Below the pieces are notes generated by a model that made no database searches, was not told the origin of the DNA, and saw only the letters and a program-made list of their open reading frames with translations. A stretch of DNA of 64,000 bases, from assembly GCA_049421205.1 (NCBI GenBank), contig JBMSMQ010000002.1, positions 68,430 to 132,429 on the forward strand, given 5' to 3'. This document shows positions 1 to 8,523 of this stretch, one piece after another; the stretch's first letter is position 1; each line of letters starts with the position of its first letter. Both the position numbers and the translations under genes were made by a program. This DNA is from Candidatus Nanopelagicales bacterium (GTDB lineage: Bacteria > Actinomycetota > Actinomycetes > S36-B12 > UBA5976).

Positions 1-1957
1 CATTAAATGTATTTGGCGCGAATTTACCAATTAATTCTCGTTGACCAGGTGACTCAATTTGAAAACATCCTAGTGTTTTCGTTGATTGAATAAGTTCAAA
101 AGTAGCGGGATCAGCGAAGTTGATACTATCTAAATCGATAGCCTGATCTTGAGTTCTCTGAATTTCCTCAGCAGCATATGCCATTGCGGATTGCATTCGG
201 ATACCTAATACATCAAGTTTGAGTAAGCCAAGAGTCTCAACATCATCTTTCCCATATTGACTCAACGGGAATCCATGATTACTTGTTTGTAGCGCTATTC
301 GATCAATAAAACCCGCGTCGCTAATTAATACTCCACACGGATGAAGCGCAATATGTCGAGGTAAGCCATCAAGGCTTTCCACTAAATCAAACATACGGTT
401 TAGTTGCCCATTTTGGGCGAGCTTCGCCACACTTGAAGAACGCAGTTCAGGAAATTCATCTAAGGCTTCTCGAATGCTTCGTGCACGAATTCTTGGAAAT
501 GCTTTCGCAAATACACCAATCTCACTTGAAGGCATACCAAGAGCTCTGCCTACATCTCTGATTGCCTGCCGCACTCGATAGGTATCAAACATTGCAACAG
601 CTGCAACTCGTTGAAAACCAAAACGCTCACTGATGTCGTCATAGATTTCAAGCCTTCGATGAGATTCGACATCTATATCAATATCTGGCAATGAATTACG
701 CAGCGGTGAAAGAAATCGTTCCATAAGTAGCCCGTACTGCATTGGGTCTAATACAGATATTCCAAGCAAGTAGTTCACAAAACTTCCAGCGCCAGAACCA
801 CGCGCAGCAACTCGAATTCCTTTTGATTTGATATTCTCCACAATAGTGGCAACTGTCAAAAAATATGTGCTAAACCCTAGTTCGAAAATTACATCAAGTT
901 CAGACTGGAGGCGTATATCACTTTCTTTTGTGCGCTGGTATTTGGCATATTCTCTTAAACATCGGTCTCGAAGTATGTGATTGGCTTTGGCGTCTTCAAT
1001 CTGTTGTTCTTGAAATGACAGTTGTTTCACAGGAGGAAAATCCCAGCGAGTTGCAACCTGACTCTTTACCGGATTCATAATCACAGATAACTCGGGTAGA
1101 AAAACTCTCCCGATTCCCAGTGTTTCACTTGTTACATTGAGAGAATCTGCAAGTTCACATGTTTCGGTAAGCAGTCTTTCTGCTATCGCTTTATCACCTG
1201 CTATCTCTCTGGCAAGTTTTCTCATATGTTTTTCGTCAAATAGACATGCTTCTTGATTACTGCTAGTGACAGAACTTCTTGAAAGTGTTGTGAGGTTTCG
1301 AGTTGCATCTAAAATGTCAGCTGTTCTTGCTTCTGGTGCTTCAAGGTATCGAACGGCATTACTGAGAATTGGCCGAAGCGAATACTCCATACTCCATTTC
1401 AAATATTGTCGAGCAAAATAAGTTGAATAGAGACCTGTACCTTTTCCTTGCCCATATTCAGTTCGATGACTTACAATTTCAGATCGGATATCAAATCCTG
1501 TTTTTCGCCATGCTGTAAGTATTTGTTGGGAAGCGTTATAGCGGCCATGGAAGATAGATTCAGCAAGATCTGATTCAGGACCTAACAAAATAACAAGTCC
1601 AGTATCAACAGATATGAGATCAGCGATTCTTTGTATTACAGCAAACGAAATCCCAACCTCGTGATGAGCAGTAACTAATCGGTTTAACGCTTTGAAACCT
1701 TCTGAATCGCGAGCTAACGCAACGAAACGAGACTGTTTATTATGTGTGACAATCTCAAGATTCACTCCAATATGTGCCCTGATTCCAGATACAGCACAAG
1801 ATTCAAAGAATTCCACTGCACCAGAGAGACCATCTCGATCAACAAGAGCGATTCCTGGCATTTGAAGTTCTTTGGCTCTTTGGACTAATGCTGTTGGTGA
1901 ATTGACTCCATACCGAAATGAGTAATATGAAACTGTATTGAGATGAGTGAATGTCAA
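1..1957 (-). CDS. dnaE2: Error-prone DNA polymerase III alpha-type subunit DnaE2, N-terminal ~652 codons (3' end lies beyond window start)
   Basis: Absent from the ORF track because it runs off the edge. My own minus-strand translation is open from 1957 to 1. It starts at TTG(1957) with MTFTHLNTVSYYSFRYGVNSPTALVQRAKELQMPGIALVDRDGLSGAVEFF (PHP domain). It continues through ERFLSPLRNSLPDIDIDVESHRR, LPRHIALHPCGVLISD and GCFQIESPGQRELIGK (Pol III alpha core). DnaE2 rather than DnaE1 is inferred from the perfect LexA box upstream. Confidence 0.8.
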   Translation of the reverse strand, partial: MTFTHLNTVSYYSFRYGVNSPTALVQRAKELQMPGIALVDRDGLSGAVEFFESCAVSGIRAHIGVNLEIVTHNKQSRFVALARDSEGFKALNRLVTAHHEVGISFAVIQRIADLISVDTGLVILLGPESDLAESIFHGRYNASQQILTAWRKTGFDIRSEIVSHRTEYGQGKGTGLYSTYFARQYLKWSMEYSLRPILSNAVRYLEAPEARTADILDATRNLTTLSRSSVTSSNQEACLFDEKHMRKLAREIAGDKAIAERLLTETCELADSLNVTSETLGIGRVFLPELSVIMNPVKSQVATRWDFPPVKQLSFQEQQIEDAKANHILRDRCLREYAKYQRTKESDIRLQSELDVIFELGFSTYFLTVATIVENIKSKGIRVAARGSGAGSFVNYLLGISVLDPMQYGLLMERFLSPLRNSLPDIDIDVESHRRLEIYDDISERFGFQRVAAVAMFDTYRVRQAIRDVGRALGMPSSEIGVFAKAFPRIRARSIREALDEFPELRSSSVAKLAQNGQLNRMFDLVESLDGLPRHIALHPCGVLISDAGFIDRIALQTSNHGFPLSQYGKDDVETLGLLKLDVLGIRMQSAMAYAAEEIQRTQDQAIDLDSINFADPATFELIQSTKTLGCFQIESPGQRELIGKFAPNTFN

Positions 1958-2238
1958 TCGAATACCCTCACAATCCTCCAAGGGAAGGCATTACCCGATA
2001 ACAGTGAGTCGCGATACGCAACATCAAGAAGCACATTCTGAGAAGCAGAATGTGCTTCTACTCTCCAGATATGCCAGGTCACATCGTGTTCAAAATCGTG
2101 CTGCCACCATGGCTCGACATCAATCCAGTACATCACTATCTGTTGGATAACAAATATTCGCTCACGCCAGCGAAAGCGCGCAGGAATACCATCCCGCACT
2201 TCTACATCAATGAGATCATCGAGTTTTTTAGTCATCAC
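1954..2238 (-). CDS. Small conserved protein (94 aa), DUF6504-like, translationally coupled to dnaE2
   Basis: ORF track. The motifs IPARFRWRERIFVIQQIVMYWIDVEPWW, WHIWRVEA and FPWRIVRVFD match my recollection of the actinobacterial DUF6504 pattern (not verified by search). Its stop TGA (1954-1956) overlaps the dnaE2 TTG start (1955-1957) as TTGA. Confidence 0.6.
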   Translation of the reverse strand: MMTKKLDDLIDVEVRDGIPARFRWRERIFVIQQIVMYWIDVEPWWQHDFEHDVTWHIWRVEAHSASQNVLLDVAYRDSLLSGNAFPWRIVRVFD

Positions 2239-2278
2239 ACTTCATTTCATGCAACGACCCCACGCATAACGCGTGCCA

Positions 2279-2374
2279 GCGGACACACTTGGCTGAAAGT
2301 GGCTTCAGCCAAGTGGCGCTTCTCCCACCAAGTTGATGTGGGTCGAGGACACAACTCACGCAGGAGATGTCCGC
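2279..2374 (-). other. Structured 5' leader of the small-ORF/dnaE2 operon (nested stems)
   Basis: An outer 7-bp stem pairs GCGGACA (2279-2285) with TGTCCGC (2368-2374). It encloses a perfect 12-bp hairpin, CACTTGGCTGAA (2286-2297), 6-nt loop, TTCAGCCAAGTG (2304-2315). It also encloses a 5-bp hairpin, CCCAC (2324-2328) with GTGGG (2338-2342). Confidence 0.4.
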
Positions 2375-2376
2375 TT

Positions 2377-2392
2377 TCGAACAAATGTTCGA
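2377..2392. promoter_or_regulatory. LexA (SOS) box TCGAACAAATGTTCGA
   Basis: Perfect match to the actinobacterial/Gram-positive SOS box TCGAAC-N4-GTTCGA. The palindrome extends to CTTTCGAAC-N4-GTTCGAAAG. It lies upstream of the 94-aa ORF and dnaE2. Confidence 0.85.
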
Positions 2393-2398
2393 AAGCCA

Positions 2399-2427
2399 AG
2401 TAAACTCGCTTCTCGGGGTATTGTCAA
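2399..2427 (-). promoter_or_regulatory. Putative sigma-A type promoter of the dnaE2 operon
   Basis: The minus strand reads TTGACA (2427-2422), a 17-nt spacer, then TTTACT (2404-2399). The LexA box starts 6 nt downstream of the -10, a classic repressor position over the transcription start. Confidence 0.5.
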
Positions 2428-2431
2428 GCGA

Positions 2432-3067
2432 CTAAGACCATTTCTCCTCAGGTTCTAACACTCTCCAGCAATACCACGCAGCAATAGATCGAAATGGGGC
2501 TGCTTCCTGAGCATATTCCCGAAATTCGCGCTCAGTGGGCGTTTCCGAGAGGCTGTGGGCAATCCCCCAACCTTTTCTCACGGCATAATCCCCAACCGGC
2601 CAAATATCCAATCGACCAAGTGTGAACATCAAGAACATTTCGGCAGTCCAGCGCCCAATCCCCCACACTGGGGTTAGTTGGGCTATGACTTCCTCATCTG
2701 AAAGATTTGGGAAATCAGCGAGCACTATCTGTTTCGAAACAATAGCCGCAGAAAGCTCCTTTAAAGTTCGCACCTTTGCACCAGAAAGCCCTAAAGACCT
2801 CAACTCACTTTCTGTTCGGTTCAAAACCTTGCGTGGTGTTATCGAACCATTCATACTTGTTTGCACGCGTTGACTGATTGAAAGTGCAGCACTTGAAGAA
2901 ATTTGCTGGCCAATCACACTCAGTGCAAGCGATTCAAAATAGCGTGAACCCTCATTATCTTGTGGTTTCAAATTAAAGCGTTGTCGAGTTTGTATGTATG
3001 GTGAAAGTGCAGGTATCGCCAATTGAATATGAGCAATACCTTCCGTAATGCGTCGGTTTGTTGTCAT
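2432..3067 (-). CDS. HhH-GPD superfamily DNA glycosylase, AlkA/Mag-like (DNA-3-methyladenine glycosylase II family)
   Basis: 211 aa. WGIGRWTAEMFLMFTLGRLDIWPVGDYAVRKGW is a helix-hairpin-helix plus catalytic Asp loop. The start ATG shares one base with the stop of the upstream acyltransferase (TAATG). Confidence 0.8.
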   Translation of the reverse strand: MTTNRRITEGIAHIQLAIPALSPYIQTRQRFNLKPQDNEGSRYFESLALSVIGQQISSSAALSISQRVQTSMNGSITPRKVLNRTESELRSLGLSGAKVRTLKELSAAIVSKQIVLADFPNLSDEEVIAQLTPVWGIGRWTAEMFLMFTLGRLDIWPVGDYAVRKGWGIAHSLSETPTEREFREYAQEAAPFRSIAAWYCWRVLEPEEKWS

Positions 3068-4854
3068 TAGGGAGCTAGGTACGCGCTTTGCGCCACTTCA
3101 ATAAATGCCTTTACACCTTTTGGAGTCAAGTGAACACCATCAGAGGCAAAATAATCATTTTTACCTTCGGCAGCAAGCGCCCAATCAGCAATTCGAACGT
3201 TTGGATATCGTGCTGCGATTTTTGCAATTAAACGATTGTTTGGATCTTGCCACACCCGAGGTACTGATGCGTTAATAATTACTACTCGATCTACCTTTTT
3301 CAGATAGCCAAAGATACGAGTGAGATACAACTCTTTGAGTGTTCCGTTCACACCAAGATTAAGAATGACATCGTATGAATCCCCATGTCGTTTTGCATAA
3401 CGTTTTATCTGTCGCATCAAATCAGGTGCCTGAATAGCAACAGTTGCTTTAAATCCAGCAACATCAAAACCTTTTTCAAAACCATACTTGGCACCGAGCA
3501 TTACCGAATCGCCATGCACCCACACTTCCCGCTCTTCTGGCTCATTAGGTGTACTCGTGATACTTGATGTAGAAACTCGCGTCGGTGAAATTGAAGGATC
3601 AAGAATAACCACTTTGCCAACAGCAAGTGGATCATTGTGGGCTGTTGTGACCGCGTTTGAACTAATCGCAGTAGCGGTAGTCAATGGGATTGCACATACA
3701 GTCGCAGTCATAACTGCAATCCAGCGTCGAGTTCGTGGCGATTGAGCTTTAATCTTTACCCAAGTTTGTGCAATTAATCCGCGTCGTATTGGGGTTTCAA
3801 TGACACGATATGAAAATTCGGTAATTCCAATCATTACAATGATTTGAAATGTGTACACCATATAAGCAGGCGCATCGATATCCAAGCCTGGTCGCATAAC
3901 TTGTATGACGATCCAATGCCAGAGATAGAGTCCATATGATCTAGTGCCAATCCATTGTAAGATAGGTACACCTAAGATTTTAGAGATACGCGATGCTGGG
4001 TGTACGACGCTTGCAATTAATAGTGTTGTAGCAATGGCCGCCATTGGAAAACCAATTAAATAATGTTCGCCCGTAATTTGGTTAACATTCGTTAACGTCC
4101 ATACAAGAATTAGTAGTGCCAGAATTCCAATTGCAGTTATTGTTCTTTCAACGGAGAGGGAATATCGTGCTTTAAAGTTTCGAGGTTTCCAAAACACCGC
4201 TAACGCAGCACCGAGGAATAATCCTGAGCTATGCGTGTGCGTTCCAAAATATAAAGCAGGTGGATATTCACCATACGTATTCACCCCTGCAGTGGCCACC
4301 CACACCAGGGCAAGCCATGATGCGACTGCGCCAGCAACTGCCAATATTTGCATTCGTTTGAGCATGAGCGTGGGCGCTAAGAGGGCAATCAGAAGTGGCC
4401 AAAATGCATAAAACTGCGCTTCAATCGCCAAGGACCATGTGTGCTGAAGTAACGATGGTCGTCCAAGTTGTGCGAAATAGTCGTAATCCATAAAGATGAA
4501 CCACCAATTGGAGAGACCCACACTTGCCCAAGGTAAATCAGCAAGGAATCGCTCAATGGTATCTGGCGCCCACAATGCGACAAAAACTAGAATCACAAAA
4601 ATCATAAAGATAAAAGCTGGAAGCAACCTTCGTGCTCGAGCTAAATAAAAACCTTTAAAGTCGATTTTCCCTAGTCGAATGAATCGATCTAGCAAAATCC
4701 ATGTTATGAGGTACCCGCTCAAAACAAAAAAGATGTCGACCCCAAGAAAACCACCTGTCAGCAAACCAGCATTCATGTGGTAAACGATGACAGCAATAAT
4801 CGCAATTGCACGAATTCCATCGAGGGCGGCAACAGACTGCGTTGATGATTTCAA
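3067..4854 (-). CDS. Acyltransferase-3 family membrane protein with C-terminal SGNH hydrolase domain (OafA/YrhL-like O-acetyltransferase)
   Basis: 595 aa. The N-terminus has LDGIRAIAIIAVIVYHMN...GVDIFFVLSGYLIT and multiple TM segments. The C-terminus has VWVHGDSVMLGA (GDS motif). Confidence 0.85.
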   Translation of the reverse strand: MKSSTQSVAALDGIRAIAIIAVIVYHMNAGLLTGGFLGVDIFFVLSGYLITWILLDRFIRLGKIDFKGFYLARARRLLPAFIFMIFVILVFVALWAPDTIERFLADLPWASVGLSNWWFIFMDYDYFAQLGRPSLLQHTWSLAIEAQFYAFWPLLIALLAPTLMLKRMQILAVAGAVASWLALVWVATAGVNTYGEYPPALYFGTHTHSSGLFLGAALAVFWKPRNFKARYSLSVERTITAIGILALLILVWTLTNVNQITGEHYLIGFPMAAIATTLLIASVVHPASRISKILGVPILQWIGTRSYGLYLWHWIVIQVMRPGLDIDAPAYMVYTFQIIVMIGITEFSYRVIETPIRRGLIAQTWVKIKAQSPRTRRWIAVMTATVCAIPLTTATAISSNAVTTAHNDPLAVGKVVILDPSISPTRVSTSSITSTPNEPEEREVWVHGDSVMLGAKYGFEKGFDVAGFKATVAIQAPDLMRQIKRYAKRHGDSYDVILNLGVNGTLKELYLTRIFGYLKKVDRVVIINASVPRVWQDPNNRLIAKIAARYPNVRIADWALAAEGKNDYFASDGVHLTPKGVKAFIEVAQSAYLAP

Positions 4855-4855
4855 G

Positions 4856-5560
4856 TTAGGACTTACTATCCGACTGGTTCGACTTATGTGCTTGATGATC
4901 CAAAACCTCTAATGCTGCAACTACAGACTTCTGGGCTTTATCGTTGGCTACCTGTGATTTTTGCAGTAAGTCCAGAAGTGATTCCTGAGCAAGCCTTACC
5001 GCACCAAGTTGTTGATTAAGATTTTTCTGAAGTTTCTGGGCTTCCTCATTTGCCGCTTCAACAATTGCCTTTGCATCTGCTTCTGCATCTTTTCGTAACT
5101 TAGCAACTTCAGATTCAGCTTTGGCTACCACCTGTGAAGCAGCATCTTGGGCTGTTTTTGTTATCTGTGCCGCTTGCCTATCTGCACTTTTTAATGCAGT
5201 AGCGACATCGCTTTCGAGTGAGTCGGATTTTTTCTGAGCTGCCTGGATGATTTTCTCAGCCTGTTTCTCTGCATCCTCGATAATTTTTTCAGCCAGTTTT
5301 TTTGCCTCGGCTTCGCGCTGATGTACAGTCGAAAGGATCTGAACCGCAGTCTCAGCCGCCAATGCCTCTAATTCTCTCTCAGAGAGTTCGGCAAAATCTT
5401 TTCTATTGCGAAGTTCCTCAAGTTCGGCTTCAAGTTTTTGAACGTAAGCGAGCATTTCATCAAGTGTCGTTGGAAGTTGAATCGCCACATCCTTCTTGTA
5501 CCCAATCCAGTCAAGAAGTCCTTTTTTTACCGATTCGTTTGAGCGCGTATCTGACGACAT
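4856..5560 (-). CDS. Ala/Glu/Lys/Gln-rich coiled-coil protein, function unknown
   Basis: The ORF track ORF is trimmed to ATG at 5560, preceded by GGAGGGAATTCA (good RBS). The product is a long heptad-like low-complexity sequence (AEKIIEDAEKQAEKIIQAAQKK...). I recognised no catalytic motif. Confidence 0.6.
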   Translation of the reverse strand: MSSDTRSNESVKKGLLDWIGYKKDVAIQLPTTLDEMLAYVQKLEAELEELRNRKDFAELSERELEALAAETAVQILSTVHQREAEAKKLAEKIIEDAEKQAEKIIQAAQKKSDSLESDVATALKSADRQAAQITKTAQDAASQVVAKAESEVAKLRKDAEADAKAIVEAANEEAQKLQKNLNQQLGAVRLAQESLLDLLQKSQVANDKAQKSVVAALEVLDHQAHKSNQSDSKS

Positions 5561-5707
5561 TGAATTCCCTCCAGCACCGAAGGGTAATCTAAACATAAGG
5601 CAATTGAGTAGCCCATTGACGGTGCGAATCTTCAAGAAATCGCCATTTACGTCAATCGTAGGCTAAAGTTCTCCAAAACTAAAGACACCGTAAGGGGTGA
5701 AATCACC

Positions 5708-6934
5708 GTGAGGACCCTGGTCGTAGGAGCAGGTGGAGTCGGACGGGCAATTGCGAACATAGCTTCGCGTCGTAATTTCTTGACCAGCATGGTTATTGCT
5801 GACTACACATTAGAAAAAGCACAAGCTGCAGTAAACAGGGTTAATGACCCTCGATTCTCAGCGGCAGAAGTAAATGCCTCAGATCTTGAGGCGCTTCGAG
5901 AACTCATTCGAGAAGTGAAACCAGATATCGTGATCAATGCTGTTGATCCACGTTTCGTAATGCCTATATTCCTTGCTTGCGAATTAGAGCGGGTGAACTA
6001 CATGGATATGGCAATGTCTCTATCGCGTGTTCATCCACTTCTTCCTCACGCCGAAACCGGCGTGAAACTCGGCGATGAGCAGTTTGCGCGAGATTGGAAT
6101 TGGTCTGAGCGAGGAATATTCGCGCTTGTTGGCATGGGAATTGAACCTGGCATGAGCGATGTTTTCGCACGCTATGCAAGTGACGAGATTTTCAGCCGCA
6201 TTGATCAAATCACCGTTTTCGACGGCTCAAATCTTCGAGTGGAAGGGTATGACTTCGCCCCATCATTTTCGATTTGGACCACCATCGAAGAGTGTCTCAA
6301 TCCCCCACTTGTTTGGGAAGATGGTCGGGGATGGTTCACGACTGAACCATTTAGCGAACCTGAAATTTTCGACTTCCCTGACGGTATTGGCCCAGTTGAA
6401 TGTGTCAATGTTGAACACGAAGAAGTTGTACTCATCCCCCAGAAAGTTGATGCTAAAAAGGTAAACTTCAAGTACGGACTTGGTGCCGAGTTCATCAATA
6501 TTCTAAAGACTATACATATGATTGGTCTCGATAGAAAAGAAAACGTTGATGTTCAAGGGTTGCAAGTTTCACCTCGAGATTTGTTGGCCGCTTCCTTACC
6601 AGATCCTGCAAATCTTGGTGAACGAATGACAGGAAAGACGTGTGCCGGAACACTCGTCAAAGGTCTCGACAAAGGTGGAGTGCCGAAGGCTGTTTACATC
6701 TATCATGTTGTTGACAACACATGGTCAATGCAAGAGTACGGAGACCAAGCAGTTGTGTGGCAAACAGCTCTGAACCCTGTGATTGCTCTTGAGTTGATTC
6801 ATGATGGAATTTGGAAACCAGAAGGCGTCAATGGTCCTGAATGGTTTGACCCAAAACCATTCTTGGCCAAAGTCGAAGAGTTTGGTGCACCCTGGAAAAT
6901 TCGAACGGAAGATCCATCGGGCATCATTCCTTAA
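5708..6934 (+). CDS. Saccharopine dehydrogenase family NAD(P)-binding oxidoreductase
   Basis: 408 aa with a GTG start. MRTLVVGAGGVGRAIANIA is a Rossmann fold. Length and architecture are typical of the saccharopine/carboxynorspermidine dehydrogenase family. Confidence 0.7.
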   Translation: MRTLVVGAGGVGRAIANIASRRNFLTSMVIADYTLEKAQAAVNRVNDPRFSAAEVNASDLEALRELIREVKPDIVINAVDPRFVMPIFLACELERVNYMDMAMSLSRVHPLLPHAETGVKLGDEQFARDWNWSERGIFALVGMGIEPGMSDVFARYASDEIFSRIDQITVFDGSNLRVEGYDFAPSFSIWTTIEECLNPPLVWEDGRGWFTTEPFSEPEIFDFPDGIGPVECVNVEHEEVVLIPQKVDAKKVNFKYGLGAEFINILKTIHMIGLDRKENVDVQGLQVSPRDLLAASLPDPANLGERMTGKTCAGTLVKGLDKGGVPKAVYIYHVVDNTWSMQEYGDQAVVWQTALNPVIALELIHDGIWKPEGVNGPEWFDPKPFLAKVEEFGAPWKIRTEDPSGIIP

Positions 6935-6936
6935 TT

Positions 6937-7290
6937 TCAACCAACAATAGAGAGTGCAAAAACACCAATTAGCAAAAGTGCGGCTGGAGCGATTGAACCC
7001 TTAATGTCTTTAGACTTTAGGTGAAAAAGAATTGCGCCTGCAAGTATGACGCATAGTCCAACAACCGCAGCACGCTGTGACCACTCGGGAACAAATGCGA
7101 AATAGTTACCAGTAACAGCAGCGACACCGCCGAGGAGTTCAAGTGCTCCAATCTGACGAAGAATTCGCGTGTAATTTAGTTTTTTCGCAATTGCAATTGC
7201 ACTTGGGTGGTTGGTTAATTTCCCCGAACCCGCTAGAGCCATCAATATTCCGAGTCCTGAGGTGAGAGCGACATAGAGTGAAGTTGACAT
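6937..7290 (-). CDS. DoxX family small membrane protein
   Basis: Trimmed to ATG at 7290, preceded by AGGAGGATGT. About 118 aa with 4 predicted TM segments, DoxX-like (LELLGGVAAVTG...AGAILFHL). Confidence 0.65.
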   Translation of the reverse strand: MSTSLYVALTSGLGILMALAGSGKLTNHPSAIAIAKKLNYTRILRQIGALELLGGVAAVTGNYFAFVPEWSQRAAVVGLCVILAGAILFHLKSKDIKGSIAPAALLLIGVFALSIVG

Positions 7291-7332
7291 ACATCCTCCT
7301 TGGTGAAAAGTGTAACCAAGTACCATTTGTAA

Positions 7333-7824
7333 ATGGTCGAAAATCATCCCGCCGTGTCGCGAGTTCGTGAAGTTTTTCAATCAAATAATCTTCCATTCGA
7401 AATGAAGATATTCGAAGAAGGTACTCATACAGCAATAGCCGCTGCTGAAGCGCTCGGAGTCGAGATAGGACAAATTGCTTCTTCAATCGTTTTCAAACTC
7501 ATCATTGATGGTGAAGAAATCCCGCTTCTGGTTATAACCTCTGGCCAACACAAAGTAGATACCGCAAAAGTTGCGAGGTTTCTTGGTGTAGAAAAGGTTC
7601 ATCGAGCAGATGCAGAGTTTGTTCGAAATGCTTCAGGGTTTGCCATTGGCGGGGTCGCACCAGTTGGGTGGAGCGATAAACCACGTGCAATTATTGATAT
7701 TGCGCTCCAGCAATTTTCGACCATATGGGCAGCAGCTGGGCATCCTTATACCGTCTTCGCAACATCCTATGGTGAACTTCAAGTTCTCGCAGGTGCTGAG
7801 CCACTTGATGTTGGACAAAACTGA
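7333..7824 (+). CDS. YbaK/EbsC-type aminoacyl-tRNA deacylase domain protein
   Basis: 163 aa. SSIVFKL...LLVITSGQHKVDTAKVARFLG...ASGFAIGGVAPVG...IWAAAGHPYTVF is typical of the YbaK/ProX editing domain. Confidence 0.75.
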   Translation: MVENHPAVSRVREVFQSNNLPFEMKIFEEGTHTAIAAAEALGVEIGQIASSIVFKLIIDGEEIPLLVITSGQHKVDTAKVARFLGVEKVHRADAEFVRNASGFAIGGVAPVGWSDKPRAIIDIALQQFSTIWAAAGHPYTVFATSYGELQVLAGAEPLDVGQN

Positions 7825-7860
7825 CACTGCACCAATAAGTTTTCAAACTACGCTTGAGGT

Positions 7861-8523
7861 GTGGGAATGATAGTTCGAATCGATAGTTGGCAGACGAATC
7901 ATGCTAGTCGAGCATTGATTGCAATTGCACTTCTCAGATTTGGTTTTCGAAAAATACCAGGATTAACGTTTTACAAAATCCTCGGTACGGGTAAAGGCGA
8001 AACGTTTACCGTGAACGATGCAGATCCCTCACACTGGGTATTGTTGACCACATGGAATGGTGAAAACCATAAACACATTGAAAAGCACTTATTAGTACGC
8101 GCATTAAACTCAATTGCCGCATCACATCGACAATTGCTATTGAAACCCATAAGCACCCGCGGCACATGGGCGAAAGCCTCGCCATTCATTATTGAGCCAT
8201 CTATGAACCCTGATGCTGCTATCGCAGTTATCACACGAGCCCGGATCAAAGTTCGATGGTGGCGATACTTCTACTCCCAGGTTCCGCCTGTCATTATCGA
8301 TCTACAGCGGGCCGAAGGATTGCAAGAACGATTTGGGATTGGCGAAGCGCCAGTTGGACTTCAGGGAACGTTTAGCATCTGGAAGAATCATGATGCAATC
8401 AAAAATTTTGCATATCAGACAAAGTCTCACCAAGAGGTCATTCAACAAACATCAACACATAACTGGTATGCAGAAGAGTTATTTGCAAGATTTGAAATCC
8501 TTTCCGATGTGGATGTGAAATGA
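7861..8523 (+). CDS. CrtA-like (spheroidene monooxygenase family) protein
   Basis: 220 aa. PGLTFYKILGTGKGETFT...HWVLLTTW resembles the CrtA N-terminal signature as I remember it. It sits at the head of a carotenoid-modification operon, and its stop overlaps the next start (ATGA at 8520-8523). Confidence 0.5.
   Translation: MGMIVRIDSWQTNHASRALIAIALLRFGFRKIPGLTFYKILGTGKGETFTVNDADPSHWVLLTTWNGENHKHIEKHLLVRALNSIAASHRQLLLKPISTRGTWAKASPFIIEPSMNPDAAIAVITRARIKVRWWRYFYSQVPPVIIDLQRAEGLQERFGIGEAPVGLQGTFSIWKNHDAIKNFAYQTKSHQEVIQQTSTHNWYAEELFARFEILSDVDVK

Noticed and set aside
2050-2403. 117-aa plus-strand ORF spanning the dnaE2 leader and LexA box
   Set aside because: It overlaps the better-supported minus-strand 94-aa ORF, the structured leader and the promoter. 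It has no RBS and a biased, unrecognisable sequence.
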